Virus record (IMG/VR): IMGVR_UViG_3300044695_006401
Direction: 5' to 3' (one strand)
DNA from: a virus
Taxonomy: Duplodnaviria > Caudoviricetes
Length of the DNA stretch: 64,000 bases
This document shows, piece after piece, positions 44,135 through 53,155 of this stretch. Every line of letters begins with the position of its first letter. Position 1 is the first letter of the stretch. Under the pieces are notes generated by a model, which saw only the letters and a list, made by a program, of their open reading frames with translations, was not told the DNA's origin and made no database searches. Made by a program: the position numbers and the translations under genes.

Positions 44135-45874
44135 TTATAAACCATACTTAGATTTATCCGCATTAAAGTTTTGTAGTACCTGTGAACCCGTTAATGCTGA
44201 GCTATACATTCTTACAACACCCATTCTACCATTCAACCATTGAGAAAATTGTCCTCCATTGAATGATCCAGCGTATAAAGGTGATGTTGTGTTTTTAATA
44301 CTTGTAAATGAATGAGAGTTACTTCCAACTAAACTACCATTTATATAAAGGGCTAATGAATTACTTGCAACGTTAGTCCATACACCCACAACTTGATACC
44401 AAGTATTAATAGTTAAACCTGTTGCTGGTGATGTAATTGATGTTGAACCATTACCTATTTCCATATACGTATTACCGTTGGAAATTGTTCTTATTCCATA
44501 TCCCCAATCGGCAGAGTTACCGCCATCAGTTTTTGCAATAAGGACTCTACTTGACCCTGCAATTACCGAATGGTTTACCCAAAACTCAATCGTCCAATCA
44601 CCACTACCTGGCTCGAGTAATGCATTGTCAGCAACACTAATCTGAGATGACGAACCGTTGTATGTGAAATAAGGGTTTGTAAATGTTATATTTGACATTG
44701 TACCATTTAACCCGTTACCCGATAAGTCATTTATTGTTGTACCCGCACCAGAATAACTTAACGAATTGCTTGGGTCAAAATGTAATACAAGATTACTTGT
44801 TACAGGAACTATTGGTGTCGCAGTTGGTGTCGCAGTTGGTGTCGCAGTTGGTGTAGATGTCGGTGTAGATGTCGGTGTTGGAGTTGGTTCAACAAATCTT
44901 GGAGCCAAATAATTGTATTGTTGTGTGATTTCTGAAAGACTTAATTGTCTGTTATAGAAATACATGTTGGCAACATGTCCAAAAGGTTGACCTGCCAGAT
45001 CATTATTCCCCCAACCCCAATGTGTTATTCCTCCAGCACCGAAAGCGATTGTACTTCCCACTTGTGAACCATTTATGTAGAATCTTTGAGATGCGTTAGT
45101 TCCAACTACCGCATACTGAACCCAAACGCCAGCTGAAGATGCAACATCATATCCTGAACTTTTGAAGGAAGTATCCCAATATCCTAAGGTATTAGTTCCA
45201 TTAGGGATGGTAATTGGTGTGTATTTTGGTGAGTTTGTGTAAAGTAATGTTCTAAATCCGGCAGTACTTGTTATTAATCTTGCCCAAGTAATATAAGTGT
45301 ATCCTGATGTTGGTAATGTTGGTCCAGTACCATTTACAACAACTCTGTTAGTTCCCGTAGTACAATCAAAACATTTTATACCGTTAAGAACTGTGTAAGT
45401 AGCGTTGGTTAATGTGTGATCATACCCACTCGTTATATCATAAACTGTAGATCCTGTCCCTGGATAACTTAAACTTGTATATGCATCTAATTGTATGATT
45501 AAACCTAAGGTATTAATACCTGAGTATGATGTCCAATAACCATTATCGTTTAACCACTCTTTGGCAATTGCGGGATCTGTGAATGTTTGTGAATATGATT
45601 TATTAACTAACGCTAAAAAACTATTGTCGTTTTTTAAAACACTCCTTTTGAATCCTAAATACGCATTAACAAACTCAGGGTTAGGTTGATTTCCTTGTGT
45701 GTTCGGGTAAGCAACAACATAACCTAAATCTTCATCAGGGCCGTTCCACCATCTTACACCACCTACACCTCCAACATAATCTATATTATCAACACCTATA
45801 GCTAAATTACCAATTTGTATTGTGCCCGATATTGTTGATCCTGTGTTATACGCAAAAGGTCTCGATGTTGCCAT
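44135..45874 (-). CDS. Two-LamG (ConA-like) domain protein with Pro/Thr linker; probable virion adhesin or fibre
   Basis: L..D...SY.G.G.T..D.S motifs twice; WVQYAV/WYQVVGV...LYING; PTPTPTSTPTSTPTATPTATP linker. Confidence 0.85.
   Translation of the reverse strand: MATSRPFAYNTGSTISGTIQIGNLAIGVDNIDYVGGVGGVRWWNGPDEDLGYVVAYPNTQGNQPNPEFVNAYLGFKRSVLKNDNSFLALVNKSYSQTFTDPAIAKEWLNDNGYWTSYSGINTLGLIIQLDAYTSLSYPGTGSTVYDITSGYDHTLTNATYTVLNGIKCFDCTTGTNRVVVNGTGPTLPTSGYTYITWARLITSTAGFRTLLYTNSPKYTPITIPNGTNTLGYWDTSFKSSGYDVASSAGVWVQYAVVGTNASQRFYINGSQVGSTIAFGAGGITHWGWGNNDLAGQPFGHVANMYFYNRQLSLSEITQQYNYLAPRFVEPTPTPTSTPTSTPTATPTATPTATPIVPVTSNLVLHFDPSNSLSYSGAGTTINDLSGNGLNGTMSNITFTNPYFTYNGSSSQISVADNALLEPGSGDWTIEFWVNHSVIAGSSRVLIAKTDGGNSADWGYGIRTISNGNTYMEIGNGSTSITSPATGLTINTWYQVVGVWTNVASNSLALYINGSLVGSNSHSFTSIKNTTSPLYAGSFNGGQFSQWLNGRMGVVRMYSSALTGSQVLQNFNADKSKYGL
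44815..44880. repeat. 12-bp coding tandem repeat (TPTA/TPTS linker)
   Basis: TGTCGCAGTTGG x3 then TGTAGATGTCGG x2. Confidence 0.8.
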
Positions 45875-46656
45875 TATTTTTTAGGTTCTTCAAGTTTCAT
45901 ATCCTTGATGAACTTATCGTGAGACGCCTTGTATGATTTTTGAGTTTCATCATTTTGATTTTTAGTATATTGCCAGTTCCAATAAAGTTTTGGATTTGGT
46001 TTAAATCCATAATATTCGTGACTTTCTTTTTGAGTTTCAGTCACATTTTCACCATTCCAATTTTGACCTACACAAATAAAGCCAGTCTCAATGTCTTTAA
46101 TCAAGTTTGATTCACCAAGTGTTGTGTGTCTATTTTGAATCCATGTAAGTCTTTCCATTAGATTTTGGTAGTACATATTTGCTGCTCCCCATCTCACTGA
46201 AGAGAAAAATAACACAGCGTCTGATTCAAAAAGTTCTTTTGAAACTTTCCATAGTTGGTCTGATGGTTCATTTATATTAACCCAACATCTGTGATGACCT
46301 GATGGGTTCTTTTTCTTATCTTTAAGAGTAGCCTTTAATAGTCCGCATGAATTACCATCAGCTCTTGATACATTACCTTCACACGGTAATATTTTAAGTT
46401 CTGTTACATCTATGTAAGTTGCTTTGTCACCAAGTTCTTCTTTGATATATAAAGCCAACAATCTTGATTTTGGTGTGTCAAATTTTTTAGGATCGAATTG
46501 GTATCTATTTGAACAAGACAATAAAAGAACTTTGTCTTTTTTTTTCAGAATATCTATAGTTTGTTTCAGTTTTTTATATCCGTCACTCTGAACCCTTTCT
46601 TCTGACAACATAAGTTGTTTTAGTCTTTGTAATTCTTCTTCTAAAATTGATTTCAT
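45874..46656 (-). CDS. Leader-bearing flavodoxin-like / NAD(P)H-dependent FMN reductase
   Basis: MKSILEEELQRLKQLMLSEE; VLLLSCSNR...ILPCEG...C...ESDAVLFFSSVRWG...LMERL. Confidence 0.75.
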   Translation of the reverse strand: MKSILEEELQRLKQLMLSEERVQSDGYKKLKQTIDILKKKDKVLLLSCSNRYQFDPKKFDTPKSRLLALYIKEELGDKATYIDVTELKILPCEGNVSRADGNSCGLLKATLKDKKKNPSGHHRCWVNINEPSDQLWKVSKELFESDAVLFFSSVRWGAANMYYQNLMERLTWIQNRHTTLGESNLIKDIETGFICVGQNWNGENVTETQKESHEYYGFKPNPKLYWNWQYTKNQNDETQKSYKASHDKFIKDMKLEEPKK

Positions 46657-46719
46657 AATAATAAATATCACATAAGTTGTTTGTGTTGTGAATGGTTATT
46701 TTGTTTTTATGACTAAAGA

Positions 46720-46747
46720 AAAAACCCCATCCTTTTGAGATGGGGTT
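46720..46747. terminator. Intrinsic terminator
   Basis: AACCCCATC-CTTTTGA-GATGGGGTT. Confidence 0.8.
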
Positions 46748-46751
46748 CATA

Positions 46752-46841
46752 TTATTTCTTAGACCACTCTTGGTATTCCCTCCTATCTTTTATGATTGTA
46801 GGAGTGATAAATGATATTACAAATAACCAAAGATATATCAT
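46752..46841 (-). CDS. 29 aa hydrophobic peptide
   Basis: MIYLWLFVISFITPTIIKDRREYQEWSKK; ATGA overlap with upstream stop. Confidence 0.45.
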   Translation of the reverse strand: MIYLWLFVISFITPTIIKDRREYQEWSKK

Positions 46842-48403
46842 TTTCTAATTATTAACTTTTTAGTTTTAACTTTGTTTACTCTGATGTAGTAAACACCATT
46901 CTCTAAGTTACGAAGATCAATTTCATTATCATTAACAGAATCAATTACTCTACCACTTTGGTCGATCAACTCGATATATGATTTCTTACTTACATAAACT
47001 ACTTCACTTGCTGGGTTAGGATAGATTCTAAAGTCATTTGAGTTTTCTTTAACCGACGCTAAATCACCAAAGATTTCACTTGGGAAGCTTGCTCCTACGG
47101 CTGCCGTTGATCCTTCAATTAAGCGATAGTCAGGTGTCAATCCAAGTGGAACAAATGGTGTCACCCAATTGATATTTGAATGTGTCGATATTGAGTCGTT
47201 TGCATGTTGTGAGAAGTATACCGATAATACACCAAGTGTTGTTGTAATACAAACAGTATTAGGGTTAAAATTAGAAAGAATGTTACTGTGGAAGTGCATT
47301 GTGTCCCCTAAAATATTATCTTCTACAGGTAGACCTTCAATGGATAATCCCTTCTCCCAGCCAGTAACAATGGTGTTGAAAACAGAAGTTGCCGTATTTC
47401 TTCTTAATCTGAAAGCCTTTTCAAATTTCTCACCTATTGGAAGGGAAACCGTCCCATCGCTCTTCGCGCCAATAATTGTGAAGTTAGAAAAAATAGGTGC
47501 CGTCAATGGTTGAGCCACACTACCTTGTGCGTCATTATCCGATTCGAAACAATTTGAGTCACCTACGGCGTCTGACAAATTTTCATTTCTGATCGATAAA
47601 CCAAATTGAACATTACCTCTGTATCCAAAGTCTGTGTCAAAGTCATCATCAACACATGAATATGATATTAAATGTTTGCAGTTTACAGTTCCTCCGAACC
47701 ATTCAAATGAGTCATCACCACAATTACTTACTTGAACATAGTCAACCAAAGTCTGATTACCGACAGAACCAAAAGTTAGTCCGTTTATTTCTTTATTTGG
47801 TTCAAGTGCAATACCCGCAAACTCGATTCTTACAAATCTAATCACACCTGAATCATCGTTGTCATTAGTCCCTCCGTGTTGTGTGAAGTTTGTGGGACTT
47901 AAACCCTCTATGTTTGCAACACCACCAGGTTGATTGTTTTTAGCATTACCCAAAACAATAACACCACCCCAATCTCCTTCGTTTCTTTGGCCGATCGGAT
48001 TGTTTGATGTAAATACGATTGGATTAAATTGTTCACCATCAGCAAGTAGTCTTGAACCTCTTGTGATGATTAATGTTCCTTGTGTTTGATAGTCACCTCT
48101 GATGATCGTACCAGGAAGTATTGTAAGTGTTGCGTTGTTTTTAACATACACTTTGTTTTGTAATAGGATAACTCCTGACCAAGTTGTATTTGTTGTAACA
48201 TCTGAGCTAACTGTAGTTTGTGTAGTTGGGTATACTGTATTGTTAGGATCCCAATTAGACCAACCATAAGTCCAATCAGTTGCTGGTGAGTTATCTGTTA
48301 CAGGAAACGCTCCTCTATAATCTGTTGGTGTCCAAAATGTGTTTTGTGCGTTTGTTGTTAGAACACACATTAAAAATAAGATACTTGCGTAAATTTGTTT
48401 CAT
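46838..48403 (-). CDS. Secreted beta-helix protein with T9SS type A sorting domain
   Basis: Signal peptide TTNA|Q; DDSGVIRFVRIEFAG, DDSFEWFGGTV, DDDFDTD; IYPNPASEVVYV...IDLRNLENGVYYIRV...KKLIIR. Confidence 0.88.
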   Translation of the reverse strand: MKQIYASILFLMCVLTTNAQNTFWTPTDYRGAFPVTDNSPATDWTYGWSNWDPNNTVYPTTQTTVSSDVTTNTTWSGVILLQNKVYVKNNATLTILPGTIIRGDYQTQGTLIITRGSRLLADGEQFNPIVFTSNNPIGQRNEGDWGGVIVLGNAKNNQPGGVANIEGLSPTNFTQHGGTNDNDDSGVIRFVRIEFAGIALEPNKEINGLTFGSVGNQTLVDYVQVSNCGDDSFEWFGGTVNCKHLISYSCVDDDFDTDFGYRGNVQFGLSIRNENLSDAVGDSNCFESDNDAQGSVAQPLTAPIFSNFTIIGAKSDGTVSLPIGEKFEKAFRLRRNTATSVFNTIVTGWEKGLSIEGLPVEDNILGDTMHFHSNILSNFNPNTVCITTTLGVLSVYFSQHANDSISTHSNINWVTPFVPLGLTPDYRLIEGSTAAVGASFPSEIFGDLASVKENSNDFRIYPNPASEVVYVSKKSYIELIDQSGRVIDSVNDNEIDLRNLENGVYYIRVNKVKTKKLIIRK

Positions 48404-48546
48404 AAATTAATTTTTTAGTTTTTATTTACCAATAGATACTAATTAAAATTGTATATGTCACCAATCTACGAAATGTTTAACGAAAGGATAAAGTTTGTTA
48501 ACATTAAGGTAGCAAAAAACCCCACCTTTTCAAGTGGGGTTGTTTC

Positions 48547-49275
48547 TTATATCATCTGAAGAAGAAGGTCACCATTTCCTTCCCATTTTTTGATTTGTCG
48601 TTTTGGAACCCAAAACACCATCTCACCAATTTCCTCAACTCGTTTAAGGTAATCGTTACGGAAACGGTCCGCTTGTGTTTTGTCAGTGATGTATTCAACT
48701 TTCATGTGTTTAGCACAAGTCTTACCCATCTTAGTCAACATTGAAAACTCATCAGTTAGTGTTTTACCGCAACATACACAGATGTCTCCTCGTTTTACAG
48801 TCATCTTACCTGAGAACTTAACAGCTTTAGGTGATACCGCCAAAACTTTAGTGATGTCTAAAAGTGTTGGGTTGAATTGGAGGTTGTAATCCTCTTTCAT
48901 CTTCTGACCGATATTTCGACCAACGATGATGGTGTCACCTTCAAGAGGGATGTTCATGAGAACGGTTGCGTTTTTGGTTTCCTCTTTTTGGATTTGTGTG
49001 ATCGCGGCAGATATTTGTTTATCTGTCAACTTACCGAACTTCTCAAGTTTAGATTGGATTTCTTTAACAAAAGAATTGGTCCCTTCGTACGCTTGGATTT
49101 TTTTCATATCCTCAGTCATCTCGACTTGTTTTGCCTCAACAGGAGCGTTTAGAATCTTCTCAACCGCAGCCGCTTGGTTTGCGGTTAATGAACCATATTT
49201 AGCGATTACATCTTTCATTCTTAAGATGAAAGAGTTATGACCTTGGTAGTTTTGAACTTGAGTGGTAGTTGACAT
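48547..49275 (-). CDS. Early protein with tandem N-terminal repeat and DUF6011-like Zn-finger
   Basis: YQGHNSFI...LTANQ and YEGTNSFV...LTDKQ; CVCCGKTLTDEFS...MGKTCAKH. Confidence 0.65.
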   Translation of the reverse strand: MSTTTQVQNYQGHNSFILRMKDVIAKYGSLTANQAAAVEKILNAPVEAKQVEMTEDMKKIQAYEGTNSFVKEIQSKLEKFGKLTDKQISAAITQIQKEETKNATVLMNIPLEGDTIIVGRNIGQKMKEDYNLQFNPTLLDITKVLAVSPKAVKFSGKMTVKRGDICVCCGKTLTDEFSMLTKMGKTCAKHMKVEYITDKTQADRFRNDYLKRVEEIGEMVFWVPKRQIKKWEGNGDLLLQMI

Positions 49276-49303
49276 ATGTGATGGGGTTTAAATGATTACA
49301 ATA

Positions 49304-49311
49304 CAAAGATA
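49304..49311 (-). promoter_or_regulatory. Bacteroidota sigma promoter (TTTG...TATCTTTG)
   Basis: Both elements present; leader shared with 32303-32342. Confidence 0.8.
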
Positions 49312-49364
49312 GTCAACTTTTCCGAACTGCAAAAAAAATCCCCACATTTGTGAGGATTATTTTT

Positions 49365-50117
49365 TTAACACATTGACTCAGCCAACTCCCAAAGTTTTGT
49401 ATTCACTTGATTAACCGCGATAATGTTCTGTAGTCCACGGAGTTTAGATCTTCTACCTCTTTGTGTGGTCATTTCAACACCACCTCGAACATATTTTTCT
49501 TGTACTACATTGAACACTTTCCACATATCATCACCTTGATCTTCATCACGATTAGGTGTCAAAAGTCCTACAATCTCCATGTCCTTGAGAACTTTTTCTT
49601 TTCCAAAACGGATCTCAGCAGACTGTCGTAAGAAATCAATTTTTTCATCGGTTGAGAGCTCTCGTTCCATCATGCGATTAACAGATCCTTCAATCTTTGG
49701 TAGTCGTCCCGCAAAACTTTCAGTCAATCGTTTAACTTCATCCAAATCAAATCTTGAGTGACGGAGTTTAAATGACTCTGATAATGCTGTTGGTACTGTT
49801 AGACCGTTGGAACAAACCAAACGGTGAAGTCCTGCACTTACAGAGAATGTTGCCATTCCGTTGTGTGAGTTTTTAATTACCGCTTCAACTAATGTGTCAC
49901 CTACTTTTGGTAATTGTCCGTTACGAAATCGTAACTCGTGAATTGAATGTAATCCCTTACCTACTTGTCTTGCTGTTGCTAGTTCCCAACCTTCTAGTTC
50001 GAAGTTTTCCATGATGTCCATCGTAGGTACGAATACATACTTGTCAGACATTTTTGGAGATGGTGCAGTTGCAAACACTGCGGGTGTTGTGGATTTTAAG
50101 TCGTTGAGTGTCATCAT
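49365..50117 (-). CDS. DUF932/DUF945-family protein
   Basis: PAVFA...SDKYVFVPT, NSHNG...AGLHRLVCSNGL, MWKVFNVVQE...GG. Confidence 0.85.
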   Translation of the reverse strand: MMTLNDLKSTTPAVFATAPSPKMSDKYVFVPTMDIMENFELEGWELATARQVGKGLHSIHELRFRNGQLPKVGDTLVEAVIKNSHNGMATFSVSAGLHRLVCSNGLTVPTALSESFKLRHSRFDLDEVKRLTESFAGRLPKIEGSVNRMMERELSTDEKIDFLRQSAEIRFGKEKVLKDMEIVGLLTPNRDEDQGDDMWKVFNVVQEKYVRGGVEMTTQRGRRSKLRGLQNIIAVNQVNTKLWELAESMC

Positions 50118-50227
50118 ATATTTTTGTTTTTATGTTTCTGTTTTCTGGAATATGATTTTTTACTCTTATACACTACAGGTCGAGTAGCTTGCCAAATTTC
50201 TTGTATTGTTAATTCCACCTGTTTCAT
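50114..50227 (-). CDS. 37 aa basic peptide with ArfA-like motif
   Basis: Hand translation MKQVELTIQEIWQATRPVVYKSKKSYSRKQKHKNKNI; ATGA overlap with DUF932 start; first ORF after promoter. Confidence 0.65.
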   Translation of the reverse strand: MKQVELTIQEIWQATRPVVYKSKKSYSRKQKHKNKNI

Positions 50228-50251
50228 AATTTCTAAATCATTTAACTTCAA

Positions 50252-50259
50252 CAAAGATA
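50252..50259 (-). promoter_or_regulatory. Bacteroidota sigma promoter (TTTG...TATCTTTG)
   Basis: TTTG upstream, TATCTTTG 24 nt before ATG 50227. Confidence 0.8.
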
Positions 50260-50298
50260 TATACTTTTTCTCAATCTACAAAATGTTTTTTATTTTTT

Positions 50299-50616
50299 TT
50301 ACAAAACTAAACTTGATACTAATTCTTTAATTCTTTCTTCCGATACAACACCAACAGATGTTTCTCTTAACTCTGAACCATCAAATGATTTGATCGCAGG
50401 AATGCTACGAACACCATACTCAATTGCAATCTCTTTATTATTACCTTCTTCAATATTCATTGTATACATTTGAATACCTGTAGTGTTACTTGTTGCAACT
50501 CTTTCGAACACAGGTTTCAACATTTTACACGGACCACACCAAGGCGCCCAAAATTCAACGATAACTTTCTCACCGTTATTTAATTTTTGTTTTAATTCGT
50601 TGTTTGTAATTTCCAT
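50299..50616 (-). CDS. trxA: Thioredoxin
   Basis: EFWAPWCGPCK; YGVRSIP. Confidence 0.95.
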   Translation of the reverse strand: MEITNNELKQKLNNGEKVIVEFWAPWCGPCKMLKPVFERVATSNTTGIQMYTMNIEEGNNKEIAIEYGVRSIPAIKSFDGSELRETSVGVVSEERIKELVSSLVL

Positions 50617-50617
50617 T

Positions 50618-50878
50618 TTATTTGTTTTTTTTGAGCATCTTTCTAAATATACTCATTGATTTATGTGTGTTTGCATAATAATTACTTGCTGGATTTTTTT
50701 TACTTTCACCATCCATGTGTCCTCGATGGTAAGCACGATTGATCGAGTCTTCCTCCACTTTTTCAAGTTCATTAACTTTTACAATGATTTCTTCTAACAA
50801 GGTTGAGTGGTCCAAACTTTCTTCGTTTTGTTTTTTTTCTTTCAACCAATTTCTGAGTTCTTGACGGAATGTTTTCAT
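50618..50878 (-). CDS. Small hypothetical protein
   Basis: 86 aa ORF. Confidence 0.7.
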   Translation of the reverse strand: MKTFRQELRNWLKEKKQNEESLDHSTLLEEIIVKVNELEKVEEDSINRAYHRGHMDGESKKNPASNYYANTHKSMSIFRKMLKKNK

Positions 50879-50902
50879 AGTATTAAAAATATAAAATATA
50901 TT

Positions 50903-51487
50903 TTATTTTATGTCAACTTCAACATCGATTGGTAATCCGTATTTTTCAAGTAAATTATAAAAATAATCGTAAGCTACACTTCTAAGATAACCTGTTAAAT
51001 CACCTGTCTCGTAAAACTCTCTTGCAATGTTTAACGCTTCATAAATTGAAACTATTTCCATTCGGTAATTTTCTCCGTAATCATCTTCATAAATTAATGC
51101 TTCAATTTCACCATTACCGTCCACATCTAACATTAAAAGGACAACTTCCATTTTGATACTCAGTTCATAACTATCAAATCCAACAACTTTAAAATCGGCG
51201 TTTAAATTCTGTGAGTCGTCTTGTAATCTGAATGTTTTATCACTTATTTCCTTAACTAATTTATCGTATAATATTTCTCTACCACCATTATAACGATACC
51301 ATATCGGTCTAACTTGTTGGTAATCTTCTATACTATTTTTTGTAATACCTAAAACGTGGTATAACATCTCATCCAAAAAAGGTTCTTCCCCATTCTTTTT
51401 TTGTCTGTCCCAAAAAGAATACAAGAACTCACGAAGATTGTCTTCGGTGAGTTTACTATATTGTGCTTCTGTAATTAGAATATTCAT
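50903..51487 (-). CDS. Leader-bearing protein, related to 53152-53712
   Basis: MNILITEAQY; FLYSFWDRQ vs LFFKIWQNE. Confidence 0.8.
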   Translation of the reverse strand: MNILITEAQYSKLTEDNLREFLYSFWDRQKKNGEEPFLDEMLYHVLGITKNSIEDYQQVRPIWYRYNGGREILYDKLVKEISDKTFRLQDDSQNLNADFKVVGFDSYELSIKMEVVLLMLDVDGNGEIEALIYEDDYGENYRMEIVSIYEALNIAREFYETGDLTGYLRSVAYDYFYNLLEKYGLPIDVEVDIK

Positions 51488-52377
51488 TTGATTTTTATTT
51501 TTTGCCCAACTTCTATTTTATCTGATTTCAAGTCGTTTAATTTTTTTAAACTATCTACAGTAACACTTTTATCGTATCGAGACGCTATTTTAGAAAGTGT
51601 ATCACCTGATTTTACTGTATAAAATTCTTTTGAGAAATCATACCCGTAATCCATATAGTAATCATTTTTGAAATACTTATCACATTCGGGTCTTTTTGCC
51701 GCATCTATGGGTTCCATTTTTAAACACCTCTGTTTTTCAGTTTCTTTACTATTATTTGATTGTGGTTTTTTATCTGAGTTAGTTTTTTTATCTCCCTTCA
51801 ATTCTTTAGCATATTTTTTAAAGGCTTCTTGATTAGTAACCATTCTATCAGCAACACCACCTTTATATCTTGGGTCATTTGCTTGTGAGAAATCAATGTT
51901 CCAACCTTGTAGATATTTTGCCGCAGCATCATCCCAATTACCAGCATTAATTGCCTCAACCCATTTATAACCTTTTTTTGCTTCTCCTCTATAAACTGAA
52001 TTAACAAGAGCTTTTTTTATATAAGTTGGGTAAGTGTCGTATTTAGGAAATAAGTTTTTTGTTTTCTTTTCTTCATTTATAATATCCAATGTAAGAAGTT
52101 GTTCTGCCTTTGTTTTTGTAATCTTTGCACCAACCTTTGCTTCAGGACCAGTATGCCCCCATCCAATCGTTAAAGTTCCACCTCTTTTTTTATTTGATGA
52201 ACTAACAAATGTCTTTGGATTTTTAGGGTCCTTGTCATCAAATACATAATGTTTTCCTGTCGCATCAACAACCTCGTTCTCATATGATTTGATTGTTTCT
52301 CTAAAATCTTCGTCATCAGCTAAAGATGTTGCTTCTGTCAACATTTTTAATTGTGATTCTGTAATTATGATTTTCAT
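51484..52377 (-). CDS. Leader-bearing lysozyme-like (GH24-like) protein with C-terminal LysM
   Basis: MKIIITESQL; TLTIGWGH...ITKTKAEQLL..DI; YTVKSGDTLSKIA...LKKLN.L.SD.IEVGQKIKI. Confidence 0.8.
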   Translation of the reverse strand: MKIIITESQLKMLTEATSLADDEDFRETIKSYENEVVDATGKHYVFDDKDPKNPKTFVSSSNKKRGGTLTIGWGHTGPEAKVGAKITKTKAEQLLTLDIINEEKKTKNLFPKYDTYPTYIKKALVNSVYRGEAKKGYKWVEAINAGNWDDAAAKYLQGWNIDFSQANDPRYKGGVADRMVTNQEAFKKYAKELKGDKKTNSDKKPQSNNSKETEKQRCLKMEPIDAAKRPECDKYFKNDYYMDYGYDFSKEFYTVKSGDTLSKIASRYDKSVTVDSLKKLNDLKSDKIEVGQKIKIK

Positions 52378-52751
52378 GCATCAATTGTTTTAATATCATA
52401 GTTAAAATTATCTTTAAACCATTTTTTAAACACAGGTTTCCACAATTCACCAAATTGACTCAATAATTCTATTTTATTTTCGTCTTCAATAAATAATACC
52501 GGACCTACCAATATTCTTTCATCCCCTATTGTTTCATATCCTTGTTGGTATAAAACAAATTCCATTTTCCCGTAACTAAAGTCCCCACTATAAAAGTAAA
52601 TATTGTCTGACATAACATACTCACGGTTATCAAAATCATAGATTTCCTGTTCACCATAAGATATATCACTTACATCGTACAAATCATTTATATAATCATA
52701 AATGTGTTTTTCCATTTCATTAAGTTGGTTCTCTGTAATTATTATTTTCAT
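52374..52751 (-). CDS. Leader-bearing protein
   Basis: MKIIITENQL; TAATG overlap. Confidence 0.8.
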   Translation of the reverse strand: MKIIITENQLNEMEKHIYDYINDLYDVSDISYGEQEIYDFDNREYVMSDNIYFYSGDFSYGKMEFVLYQQGYETIGDERILVGPVLFIEDENKIELLSQFGELWKPVFKKWFKDNFNYDIKTIDA

Positions 52752-53155
52752 TACCAATTGAAGTCTTTTCTTTTATTAATTATTTCTCCTATTTCTATAG
52801 TAATGAATCTACCACCAATAATGTTTCTTGCCTCTGCTTGTAGTTCATAAATAAAATTATCTAAATTATTATATTCATTTATTGAATCAACATAACAGTT
52901 AACTTTTATGTGTATAACTTCCATTTTATTTTTTTCAAAATAATCCATAGATGTTACTTTTGATACGTCCACTACTTTAATTTCTTCAATCATATCTACA
53001 GGGTCACAAATAAGATTTTGATGTGATCTAATATAATATCCACCTTCACAATTTTCTTTTACCTGATCAAAAGCCATGTCAATAAGACTTTGCATGGAAT
53101 CTGTATTTGACTCCAACAATATTCTATACTGACTTTCTGTGATTATTATTTTCAT
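52751..53155 (-). CDS. Leader-bearing protein
   Basis: MKIIITESQY; ATGA overlap. Confidence 0.8.
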   Translation of the reverse strand: MKIIITESQYRILLESNTDSMQSLIDMAFDQVKENCEGGYYIRSHQNLICDPVDMIEEIKVVDVSKVTSMDYFEKNKMEVIHIKVNCYVDSINEYNNLDNFIYELQAEARNIIGGRFITIEIGEIINKRKDFNW

